Assembly (NCBI GenBank): GCA_029856105.1
Contig: JAHQWH010000224.1
Location: forward strand, 1-64,000
Direction: 5' to 3'
Length of the DNA: 64,000 nucleotides
Origin: Promethearchaeia archaeon
GTDB lineage: Archaea > Asgardarchaeota > Lokiarchaeia > Sigyniarchaeales > SOKP01
A program made the position numbers and the translations under genes. Below, piece by piece: positions 49,830 to 58,870 of this stretch; the first letter of the stretch is position 1, and every line of letters starts with the position of its first letter. The notes beneath the pieces are model-generated. The model saw nothing but the letters and a program-made list of their open reading frames with translations. It ran no database searches and was not told where the DNA came from.

Positions 49830-50527
49830 ATGTTATCTCTCTCTCTAACTTTTTTAAGTTTTGATTTACATTTCTCACATAGATAAATAGATTTACTATC
49901 AATTTCTTTAATATTTTTAGAGAAGTGCATAACACAATAATCGTTAATACAATGGCCACAATCTAATATTAAATGTCCTATTTCATGAATTACTTCTTTA
50001 AAGATCCTCCTTTCCATCTTTTCCAATTTAAGATCCTCAAGATTAAACAAATCTATCAGGTTATGAGTAGACACTATAGCACTCATGTATTTAATATGTG
50101 CCTCTCCAAATAAAAACAATAACTTTTCATTACTACTAGAATAGATTGGTAAATTTGTCAATCCTAAACCAATATCTAATTTATATTCAAATTTTTTATC
50201 AACAATAATTTCATAAAATTTATTAGTTGGTTGGAGGAGGACCTTTTCTGAAGATTTATTTAATAAATTATGTTCCTCCTTTACCCTTAATTCAAATATT
50301 TCAGGGCGTATATTTACATTTTTTATAAACTGAATGCCATAAAAAAAAGAATCGAACGTTTGTTCCAAATGAAATCTCAACTTGTTTAACATAGAAGTTG
50401 ACACATTACCAATAAAGATAATTCCCAAATGACAAGGAAATATAATTTGTCTATTAGTAGATTGATTTATTGGTAATACTAGAGTGTGCTTATTTAAAAA
50501 ATCTTTACCATTTTGAAATTTTGACAT
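49826..50527 (-). CDS. Archaemetzincin-like zinc metalloprotease (M54)
   Basis: FLFGEA, KEVIHEIGH.....HC....CVM.FS.....D.K...LC..C. Confidence 0.88.
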   Translation of the reverse strand: MSKFQNGKDFLNKHTLVLPINQSTNRQIIFPCHLGIIFIGNVSTSMLNKLRFHLEQTFDSFFYGIQFIKNVNIRPEIFELRVKEEHNLLNKSSEKVLLQPTNKFYEIIVDKKFEYKLDIGLGLTNLPIYSSSNEKLLFLFGEAHIKYMSAIVSTHNLIDLFNLEDLKLEKMERRIFKEVIHEIGHLILDCGHCINDYCVMHFSKNIKEIDSKSIYLCEKCKSKLKKVRERDNI

Positions 50528-50646
50528 AATAAAATTATTTTAACAAACGGATATACTCTTTTTTTATTCATAATTATTATCTATTTAAGTTATTAATAAT
50601 TTTATAAATTTAAATAATTATTATAAAAATCTTTCTTAATATCGTA

Positions 50647-51714
50647 ATGTCGGACAATCCTAAAACAATAAATCATCAAGACGATGACCAAAAAGACGCT
50701 CAAATAAATTTGAAAATCAACGGGGAGCAAAAAGAAGTAATAGAAAAGGATTTTGTATCTCACTTTATACCAACATACAGAATTAAATCTTTGTTATATC
50801 CCTTACCTATAATAATAGTTATTGTTTTTGCTGCTTTTTTAGCCTATCTCACATTTTTTGTTGCGGGTATTCAGATTGAAGAAAGCTACTTCCCTGAAGA
50901 CGAGTTTGGCGCCTTGGCCGTCGTATTAAATGGAGCTATTTTCACTATAGTAGCAGTAGTTTCAGCGTTTGTTATCGTCTTTTTTATAAAAAAATTTGGA
51001 ATAGGCGTTTTAAAATACATTTTTGGACTGAGTTTTGCTTTTATAAGTTTCTTTATGACTCTAATGTTTTCAGAGGTAATTATTTATTTAATCTTTGTTC
51101 AATTTCCCGAAACTACTTTTGTTTTGAAACTTTATTTTCTATTTATTAACGCCTACTTGCCAATAATGACGGCGTTTTTAGTCTTTCTACTACTTTACAA
51201 ATACTTTACTTCAAAATCAATTAATACAAAAAACTTAATCATTTTATACGTCAGCTTATTAATTAGTGCTTCGATGAGTATTATTTTGCCCTTTTGGAGC
51301 ACCTTAGCTATATTAATTGGCATCTCTCTTTGGGATATCTTTGGTGTTCTTTATAAACATGGGCCAATTAAAGCTATGATAGATATAACTTCCCAAAATG
51401 ACGATGAAATTAGCTTAACAAAAGCAGAAACAAAAGAAAAAATTAAGAGCGGTGAGATGATCTATGATACCTCCAAATTAGAGATTGGAATCGGAGATTT
51501 GGCTTTTTACAGTTTACTTACTTCAAGCGTCCTCCTTTATACAAACAATGTAATAATTATGATTTTAACCACAGTTGCAATTCTGATCGGAACAGGAATT
51601 ACAATATCGGGATTAAAAAGAAATAAAATTTTGCCTGGGCTACCCATTTCTATTTTCTTAGGCATAAGTACTTTTTTCCTGTCTCAGTTTGTAATAAATA
51701 TCTTTTTTATATGA
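50647..51714 (+). CDS. Presenilin-family intramembrane aspartyl protease (A22)
   Basis: About nine TMs; catalytic SLWD and GIGD motifs; GP after TM6; LPGLPISI (PAL equivalent). Confidence 0.9.
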   Translation: MSDNPKTINHQDDDQKDAQINLKINGEQKEVIEKDFVSHFIPTYRIKSLLYPLPIIIVIVFAAFLAYLTFFVAGIQIEESYFPEDEFGALAVVLNGAIFTIVAVVSAFVIVFFIKKFGIGVLKYIFGLSFAFISFFMTLMFSEVIIYLIFVQFPETTFVLKLYFLFINAYLPIMTAFLVFLLLYKYFTSKSINTKNLIILYVSLLISASMSIILPFWSTLAILIGISLWDIFGVLYKHGPIKAMIDITSQNDDEISLTKAETKEKIKSGEMIYDTSKLEIGIGDLAFYSLLTSSVLLYTNNVIIMILTTVAILIGTGITISGLKRNKILPGLPISIFLGISTFFLSQFVINIFFI

Positions 51715-51779
51715 TTTTCGATTTCTTATGTAATGTATTGATAAATAAGGTTCTTAATGTTAATTAAAAATTCTAAAAG

Positions 51780-52982
51780 TTGAAGGAAATAATGGTTGAT
51801 TTAAGTCTTATTAAAATATTTACGGTTGTTGGTGCGGGAACCATGGGGCGAGAAATAGCCCAAGTTGCTTTACTGTCAGATATGTTTGACAAAGTCATTT
51901 TGAACGACATTAACGAATATTCTCTAAATAACGCGAAAAAATATATTAAACTTGGTATAGAAAAAATTGAATCTAAAGGAAAGCTAGGCCAGGGATTAAC
52001 CACGCTTTCTCTAATTAAAAAACTAATTATTGATAAAAATCTAATTAATTCTATTAGAGAAGCAGATTTTATCGTAGAAGCGATACCCGAAGTAATGGAA
52101 TTAAAGCAAGATTTATTCAGAGAACTAGGGCAACACGCGCCAAAACATGCGGTGTTAGCAACAAATACCTCAACGATGAGCATTTCTAAAATCGCCGAAG
52201 CGTCAGGCAGACCAGAACAAGTAATTGGAATGCATTTTTTTACGCCTATTCCGTTACTCCGATTAATTGAATTAATTAAAGGAGAAAAAACATCTCAAGA
52301 AGCGTTTAACTTGGGAGTAGCAATTGGTCAAAAGCTACCAGCGCTCAAAGGCAAAAGATATATCGCAAAAATAGAAAAGGAAAGTCCAGGCTTTATTGTA
52401 AACCGCTTAACCATTGCGACAACTCTCCTTTTTAACTGGATTTTAGATATGGCTACGGAAAAAGGAATACCTTACGAAAAATTTGACAATGATTTTGTAT
52501 CTTCCCCTGAATTAGGACCCTTAGCTAAATGGGATTACTTAGGTTTAGATGTTATTTGCGACGTTATGAATTATTTTGCGAAAATGATATCACCAGAATT
52601 CGCCCCCGGCAAAACGCTCACAAATCTTCTGAAAGCGGGAAATTTGGGGAGAAAATCGGGAAAAGGCATTTATGAGTGGTTTGAAGGAAAGCCAAAAATT
52701 AGCTTTCATGAAAAAGCAGGATTATTTAATCTAGAACACTATTTCGCAATTCAATTAAACGAAGGTTGTAGATTATTAGGGGAAAAGATTGTTTCTGGAT
52801 ATAAAGTAATTGACGACACTATGTTAGCTGGGATGGACATGCCCGGACCTTTTGGAGCTGGAAAAAAGAATTACGAAAAATGGTCTCAAATGTTAGATGA
52901 TCTTTCAGAATTTACTGGAATAACCTATTTTAAACCTTGCAACTTAATGAAATCTGGAAATTTTCTAAAAATGCGAAAATAA
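51780..52982 (+). CDS. 3-hydroxyacyl-CoA dehydrogenase
   Basis: GAGTMG, EAIPE...LK, TNTST, GMHFF, PGFIVNR, D..GLD, LGRKSGKG.Y. Confidence 0.93.
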   Translation: MKEIMVDLSLIKIFTVVGAGTMGREIAQVALLSDMFDKVILNDINEYSLNNAKKYIKLGIEKIESKGKLGQGLTTLSLIKKLIIDKNLINSIREADFIVEAIPEVMELKQDLFRELGQHAPKHAVLATNTSTMSISKIAEASGRPEQVIGMHFFTPIPLLRLIELIKGEKTSQEAFNLGVAIGQKLPALKGKRYIAKIEKESPGFIVNRLTIATTLLFNWILDMATEKGIPYEKFDNDFVSSPELGPLAKWDYLGLDVICDVMNYFAKMISPEFAPGKTLTNLLKAGNLGRKSGKGIYEWFEGKPKISFHEKAGLFNLEHYFAIQLNEGCRLLGEKIVSGYKVIDDTMLAGMDMPGPFGAGKKNYEKWSQMLDDLSEFTGITYFKPCNLMKSGNFLKMRK

Positions 52983-53101
52983 TTTGTTATAAAGCTATAA
53001 TTAAGATATCAAAATTTTTAGAAAATACTTTTTCAAGAATAAATATTAATTTATAACATATATTAATCTAAATTATCGATACAATTATTTCTTCATGAAA
53101 A

Positions 53102-53386
53102 ATGAATGAAAAAGATTCAGCTCCTAAAACGGGTTTCCATAAAATTATTGATTTTTTTAACAATAATCTTGAAAGGAATCATCCAATTGCAATCGCTGAA
53201 GTAGTTGAGAAAACCGGATTTTCGTGGAGCTTCGTGAAAAAAACACTTGCTAAAATAAAAGAAGAATACGATGGATTTCATTTTGAAAAATCAGGAAGCA
53301 CATGGATTATGTGGAAAGATCGAAATCATATAATAAAGAAATTGGACGAAACCTGTTCTCGATTTTTAAAAGATGATGAAAAGTAA
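53102..53386 (+). CDS. Small winged-helix protein
   Basis: IAEVVEKTGFSWSFVKKTL HTH followed by a beta-hairpin wing. Confidence 0.65.
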   Translation: MNEKDSAPKTGFHKIIDFFNNNLERNHPIAIAEVVEKTGFSWSFVKKTLAKIKEEYDGFHFEKSGSTWIMWKDRNHIIKKLDETCSRFLKDDEK

Positions 53387-53497
53387 TGCTAAATGGCTTG
53401 ATCGATTCTTCATCTCTTACACTTTCTAACCTTTTAACCTGAGATGTATAAAATACAGCAATCCGGGCAAATATTTTATTCTGTAAATTGCTAGAGC

Positions 53498-53875
53498 TTA
53501 CATAATTATGCTATTTACCGAATCTGGAGGATTAGGCGAAAAAAAAGACTGGATAAATTCAATGTCGAGTTCGTTAAATACTGTGGTGCTCTTACATGAA
53601 GCAATTAAGATCCCATAGTGTTTTAACGGTTGTATTAATATTGCCCCATCAGAACAATCAATTAGTATTCGTTTTAGATTGCCCGCTATTATTTCACCAA
53701 CAAATTGCCTTCCTATCCACCTTAGAGCAGCACATATCGCGGCGATAAGTGTACGATCGGTGTTTTTATCTACAAAAGAAGCAATTGGTAAGCCTTCGTT
53801 ACCCACAACTATGATTGCGCTAATTCCTATATTTTTCTTACACAAATTTTCTAGATATTCTTCTAGATTGGACAT
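53498..53875 (-). CDS. Roadblock/LC7 domain protein
   Basis: GISAIIVVGNEGLPIAS, IAA..AA, G.L..I.I....G pattern. Confidence 0.9.
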   Translation of the reverse strand: MSNLEEYLENLCKKNIGISAIIVVGNEGLPIASFVDKNTDRTLIAAICAALRWIGRQFVGEIIAGNLKRILIDCSDGAILIQPLKHYGILIASCKSTTVFNELDIEFIQSFFSPNPPDSVNSIIM

Positions 53876-54182
53876 TATAAATAAGCCCTCTGTTTTCGGC
53901 TAAAAATAATTTTAACAAGAAAATATTAGTAATCCCAAATATATATGTGTTTGCTTAGGGTGTAAAATAAAAATGTCGGAAATTTGTTTTAAGAGCAATT
54001 CAAACCTAACTCTCACCCTACCTCCTATACAAAGTAAGATTGATTTATTTTCAAAAAAAGTGCTATTAAATTGCTATAAAATGTATTTTTAATTATATGT
54101 TCTAATAATAAGTTTTCTTAAAAAACCAACATTATCAATTTTTAAACCTTAATTTAAACGGTCTTGGCCTTAGATAATAGAG

Positions 54183-54211
54183 AGTGTGAATATTCACACT
54201 AGCTTTATATT
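54183..54211 (+). promoter_or_regulatory. Perfect 18-bp palindrome AGTGTGAATATTCACACT directly upstream of a TTTATATT TATA box
   Basis: Palindrome 54183-54200, TATA 54204-54211, upstream of the FrhB-like gene. Confidence 0.65.
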
Positions 54212-54276
54212 TTATGTTCCATTTTATAAAACAAATTTTTATCTATAAAAATATACATATTAAAGTGTCTAATTTA

Positions 54277-55215
54277 ATGAAGATTGAAAAATCAAGTCAA
54301 GAACTTGAAAATGAAGTAATTTATGCCGGTTTATGCATTCATTGCGGAAGTTGTAACGCGTTTTGCCCACATATGGATTTTAACGAAGAAACTGGACAAG
54401 CTTATGTCGTTGACGAATGTGCTGAGACTGTTGGTTTGTGCTATAATGCATGCCCACGAAGTTTCCTTCCTGTTTCCGAAATTGAAAGAAAAATGTTCGG
54501 TCAAAATCGCGTTGACTTAGCTGTTGGAGTATATAAAGATATAATTCAGGTTAAATCCAAAAATAAAGATGAGCTTTTGTATAATTTAGTTTCAGCCGCA
54601 TTTGACTCTGGAATTGTTAAACACTTTGTTTTGAGTAAACCTAAAAGCAAAAAACCACCCGTTGCTTTTCCTGTAGTTGTTGATAGCGCAAAGGATGCTA
54701 AACAATACATCCCTACCAACCCCAATCAAAACGCTGGGCCCTTAATCACGGGAATTGGAAGAGCTTATTTGGATAGAAAGAGAGATATAGGTATTATAGC
54801 GAATCCATGTCATCTTCAAGGTCTTGCAAAAATTTTAACGAGCGATTTTAACACGGGTGCTGAGCGTACTTCCCTAAAGATAGCCTTTGCCTGTTCTTCT
54901 GGTGGAATGGCGGGTTGTAAATATTGTACTGATTACTCTGGCGAGTTTTCTGATATTTCTTATAGTCCATGGGGCGCACCTAAAGGTTCTGGAGAATCGT
55001 TTTTGATTGTGAGAACTGATGTAGGTCAAAAAGTCGTAGATCACGCAATAAAGATGAAATTAATCGAAATTACAAATAAAGAGCCCGATCTTAGCGAAAT
55101 GAAAAAGTTCATAGATAAGAAGAGAAAGAAAAACTTCTTAAATTTGTTAGGTAGAGATTTAATTACTGCCAAATACTTGCATTTAAACATTGACGAATTC
55201 AAAGATATTCTCTAA
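54277..55215 (+). CDS. FrhB/FdhB-like (coenzyme F420 hydrogenase beta subunit family) FeS protein
   Basis: CIHCGSCNAFCP, C....G.CY..CPR, PCH, GCKYCTDY..EFSDIS, IVRT..G; start taken at the ATG 54277. Confidence 0.8.
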   Translation: MKIEKSSQELENEVIYAGLCIHCGSCNAFCPHMDFNEETGQAYVVDECAETVGLCYNACPRSFLPVSEIERKMFGQNRVDLAVGVYKDIIQVKSKNKDELLYNLVSAAFDSGIVKHFVLSKPKSKKPPVAFPVVVDSAKDAKQYIPTNPNQNAGPLITGIGRAYLDRKRDIGIIANPCHLQGLAKILTSDFNTGAERTSLKIAFACSSGGMAGCKYCTDYSGEFSDISYSPWGAPKGSGESFLIVRTDVGQKVVDHAIKMKLIEITNKEPDLSEMKKFIDKKRKKNFLNLLGRDLITAKYLHLNIDEFKDIL

Positions 55216-55232
55216 TAAAATTTTTGAAGTAG

Positions 55233-55775
55233 TTAACCCAAACCCATTTTTTTTTGTATTTCTTTTATCAACATTTCAAATATAATTTTATTATTTTCGC
55301 CCGATTTTGAGCTAGTTTCAAAAAGTTGAGGGATATCATGTTCTTTCCGAAACTCCTCAGCTTCTTCCCGCTTAACAGTTCGTCTAGTGTCAGCTAGATC
55401 AACTTTCTCTCCAATTAGTATAAACACGGGGTCTAAAGAATTGTCTTGAACAATATCGTACCATTCTTGAAGGTTCTGGAAACTCGTATATCTAGTAATA
55501 TCGTAACATAGCAGGCAACCGTGAGCGCCTCTTGCATAATTTGGTAAAAAAAATCTGAACCTTTTTTCGCCAGCGAAGTCCCAGATTTGAAGTTTTACTA
55601 CCAGATTTTCAAATTCCATTTGATAAGTGGCTAAATCCGTTCCAATAGTGATTTTCATTGGAGTAAAATGCCCAGTAATCAGTCTCTGTATCATGGTGCT
55701 TTTACCGGTCCCCCCATCTCCTACAACGACTACCTTAAAAAGATATTTGCGTTTTTGCTCGGTTGGTTGAGACAT
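55233..55775 (-). CDS. Rab-like small GTPase
   Basis: FKVVVVGDGGTGKS, TIG.D, LQIWDFAGEKRFR, GEKVD, ETSSK. Confidence 0.93.
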   Translation of the reverse strand: MSQPTEQKRKYLFKVVVVGDGGTGKSTMIQRLITGHFTPMKITIGTDLATYQMEFENLVVKLQIWDFAGEKRFRFFLPNYARGAHGCLLCYDITRYTSFQNLQEWYDIVQDNSLDPVFILIGEKVDLADTRRTVKREEAEEFRKEHDIPQLFETSSKSGENNKIIFEMLIKEIQKKMGLG

Positions 55776-55848
55776 AATATACAATTATTTGAAATTCAAG
55801 TAATTAATATATGGATAAGATTTTAATAAATTAAAATAATCCTATAAT

Positions 55849-56748
55849 TTATTCTCTAGCTAAATCTCGATTAAATTTTTTATTTATTTTAGTAAGATTT
55901 TCGATCATGTTTTTACGATCTTCTTCGGGTAATTCTTTCATTAACTCTTCTAAATTAGCGTGATTTATGTTGTTCAAATCTTTGTAGATGAAGATAAGTA
56001 AAAAACTTGCTATTAAAGGAGCAATTATAACAATTAAAAACGAAATGATAGATATATTTAATGGCAGTGAACCCTCAATTCCAGTGCCCGGTAGATAATA
56101 CGAAAGTCTTGAAAAAGTGCTATCTATAAATAAAGTAAAACTTATATTTAAGATGTTTAGGAATATGAATGTACTTAAGTTAACAATGCTTACAATTTTA
56201 AAACTCTTCAATTTTAGATGTGAGATCACTTTATCTAAATCGCTTTTAAGTAAAGTATTGTTTTGAGCTTGCGTACTGAGTTTATTATTTTTTAACCGAA
56301 TTACTATTTTGGAATACTTCCATACATCAGTTAGAATCCAATAAAACCCGAATGTGTAGAGAAAGTTAAAAATTACGTTAAAAAATACATCATAGTATTG
56401 AATTAGCTGTGGATGATAATAAGATTCTGCTCCTATCCAAAATAATAAAATTAATTGGAGTATTGCCGCGAAAAACAATCGATTAGCGTGCTTTTTTTCC
56501 AATCCAATGGGATTATAAATAATTTGGGTGCTATTAGACATGGTTCTCCATTTATTTGTATTAATTATTCTGAAAAATACAGAATACGCAAATGTAATAG
56601 TTGGAAATAGCAGTAGAAATAAATTTACCCAAGATTGAGTGAGGATAAATAAATACAAAATAATAAAAATTATTATGTCTCTGAGTAAAGTCTCATTGAG
56701 TAATTCTCTTAGAAGTAAATAATTTTCATCAGAATTATTTTCAATCAT
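55849..56748 (-). CDS. Hypothetical multi-pass membrane protein
   Basis: About six hydrophobic segments. Confidence 0.7.
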   Translation of the reverse strand: MIENNSDENYLLLRELLNETLLRDIIIFIILYLFILTQSWVNLFLLLFPTITFAYSVFFRIINTNKWRTMSNSTQIIYNPIGLEKKHANRLFFAAILQLILLFWIGAESYYHPQLIQYYDVFFNVIFNFLYTFGFYWILTDVWKYSKIVIRLKNNKLSTQAQNNTLLKSDLDKVISHLKLKSFKIVSIVNLSTFIFLNILNISFTLFIDSTFSRLSYYLPGTGIEGSLPLNISIISFLIVIIAPLIASFLLIFIYKDLNNINHANLEELMKELPEEDRKNMIENLTKINKKFNRDLARE

Positions 56749-56839
56749 TTTTTAATAATAAATAATAAAAAACATATATACTCTATGATATTATTAGTTC
56801 TAAATTATAGGTTAACAATACTAACCTAAAAATCCTTCG

Positions 56840-58819
56840 GTGAACAAAATAAATTATCTTGATTTCTTTCCATATGACCAATTTAGACGCGACCAAGAAG
56901 ATATCATCAAAAAAGTTGAACAGGCTTCAATTGAAAAGAAAATTACTTTACTTGCAGCTCCAAATGGTACAGGTAAGACAATAATTGCTTTAAGTGCCTT
57001 ACTACCTCTAGCAATACGAAATAATCTAAAAATCATCTATATGTGTCGTACCCATTCTCAGAATACAAGGATTATTAAAGAGCTAACGAAGATTTCAATC
57101 TTTCTAAAAAAGAAAGCCCCCCAAATCCAAATAAGCGGACTATCCATTAGGGGAAGAAACGAAATGTGCCTTAACGAAACTTTATTATCGTTAAAACTTA
57201 AACCAAAAGAATCGATGTCCGTATGTGGAGACTTAAGAAAAAATAAAAATTGTAGATATTATCTAAATTTAATCAAAAAAAGAAATGAATACGATAACCC
57301 TATCGATATTGCTCCCGATTTATTAAGTAAACCGGTTGATGCCGAAGAATTAATTAACTTATGTAAAGATCAAAAATTATGTCCTTATTTTTTGAGCAAA
57401 TTCCTTCTAAAAGAAATGAGATTGATCGCATGCAATTACCAGTGGATTTTCAATCCTTTTATACGCGAAAATTTTTTACAATTTATAGATGAAGAGCTTA
57501 ATAATTGCATTTTAGTGCTTGATGAATGTCATAATGTAATTGATATGGCAACAGAAATTAATTCCGATAGAATAACGCCGTACTCACTAAGAATATGTCT
57601 AAAGGATTTAGAGATTTTCAGGTCACCAAGTATTATGCAGAGGTTTGTAAAAGTCCTATTAAGCCATTTAGAAAAGAAGAAAAAGAGTTTAAGTGTGTCA
57701 GAAATAGAAATTAAAGCAGAAAATTTCCTGCTTCAAGTTTATTCAAAGTTAGGGCTTTCAAACTTAAACGATTTTAAGAATCTCGTTAGGGATATACACA
57801 ATTTCAGTGTTTCAATTCACGACGAAAAGGCTGCAAACGGTGATGTTTCAAGAGATTTCATAGGGCCTTTAGCAGAGTTCTGGCTAAAATGGATAAGAAG
57901 CTATTTACTGGATAATTACTTCTTTTGTTATAATCTTAAAAGGGTAAGAGAGCGACCGATAATTTCAATAGAAATTGTTGCGTTAGACCCAAGAGATATT
58001 GTTATTCCCATCTTAAAAGAGTGTTATACTAGTGTGCATCTTTCTGGGACCGTAAATCCTTATGTTTATAATAATTTAATGGGTTTGAGAGAAAGTGGAA
58101 AAAGTTATAAGGGAATCGTTGCGAGTTCACCATTTCAAAAGGAAAACATTAAAGCATTAATTACAGAAGGTGTAGACACGCGTAGAGGGAGTCGAACAGG
58201 CCCAATGTTTAAAAAGATTCTCTCTAAAATTGATGAAGTAATTTATAGCACTCCTGCTAATATAGGCATCTTTTGTGCTTCATATAAAGTTCTAAACGCA
58301 TTAGTTACGAACGGTATTGAATCTATAGCTAATAAGAATAAAAAACAATTATTTATCGAGGAACCAGGACTTTCTGCTTCAGAAAATGCCTTCTTGGTAA
58401 ACGATTTTAAATCAATGGCATCACCTTCTCGTAATGGAGCTGTTTTATTGGGCGTGTGTGGAGGAAGAAATTCAGAAGGAGAAGATTATCCGGGAGATTA
58501 TATGAATTCAGTAATTATCGCTGGATTTCCGTATCATTTACCCGCCCCCCGAGTTAATGCAAAAATAGAATATTACGATAAGGTTTTTGATAAACAAGGA
58601 TGGAATTTCGCATACCTATATCCTGCCGTTCAAAGGGCAAACCAAGCTTCTGGGCGTCCTATACGAAAAATAAAAGATAAAGGCGCAATAATATTTATGG
58701 ATTTCCGTTTTAAACAAAAGCACAAATGGATTTCTGAATGGATAAGAAAAGAACTTGAAGTTGTGCCAGATAAGGAAGGTGTTTTAACAAAAAATTTATA
58801 TCATTTTTGGCACAGTTAA
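56840..58819 (+). CDS. xpd: XPD/Rad3 FeS-cluster DNA helicase
   Basis: APNGTGKT, four FeS Cys (CLN, C, C, CPY), DECH, SGT, SEG.DY, QA.GR.IR...D.G. Confidence 0.93.
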   Translation: MNKINYLDFFPYDQFRRDQEDIIKKVEQASIEKKITLLAAPNGTGKTIIALSALLPLAIRNNLKIIYMCRTHSQNTRIIKELTKISIFLKKKAPQIQISGLSIRGRNEMCLNETLLSLKLKPKESMSVCGDLRKNKNCRYYLNLIKKRNEYDNPIDIAPDLLSKPVDAEELINLCKDQKLCPYFLSKFLLKEMRLIACNYQWIFNPFIRENFLQFIDEELNNCILVLDECHNVIDMATEINSDRITPYSLRICLKDLEIFRSPSIMQRFVKVLLSHLEKKKKSLSVSEIEIKAENFLLQVYSKLGLSNLNDFKNLVRDIHNFSVSIHDEKAANGDVSRDFIGPLAEFWLKWIRSYLLDNYFFCYNLKRVRERPIISIEIVALDPRDIVIPILKECYTSVHLSGTVNPYVYNNLMGLRESGKSYKGIVASSPFQKENIKALITEGVDTRRGSRTGPMFKKILSKIDEVIYSTPANIGIFCASYKVLNALVTNGIESIANKNKKQLFIEEPGLSASENAFLVNDFKSMASPSRNGAVLLGVCGGRNSEGEDYPGDYMNSVIIAGFPYHLPAPRVNAKIEYYDKVFDKQGWNFAYLYPAVQRANQASGRPIRKIKDKGAIIFMDFRFKQKHKWISEWIRKELEVVPDKEGVLTKNLYHFWHS

Positions 58820-58870
58820 AATATTTGAAAGAATCAATTATTTTTCATCAATTCAAGAAGTTCAACACAT

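Noticed and set aside
53912-54016. 34-codon minus-strand ORF (GTG start behind GGAGG) or a TAGGGTG/CACCCTA stem upstream of the roadblock gene
   Set aside because: Too short, no recognisable motif, and a 7-bp stem is not enough evidence for a leader peptide or ncRNA
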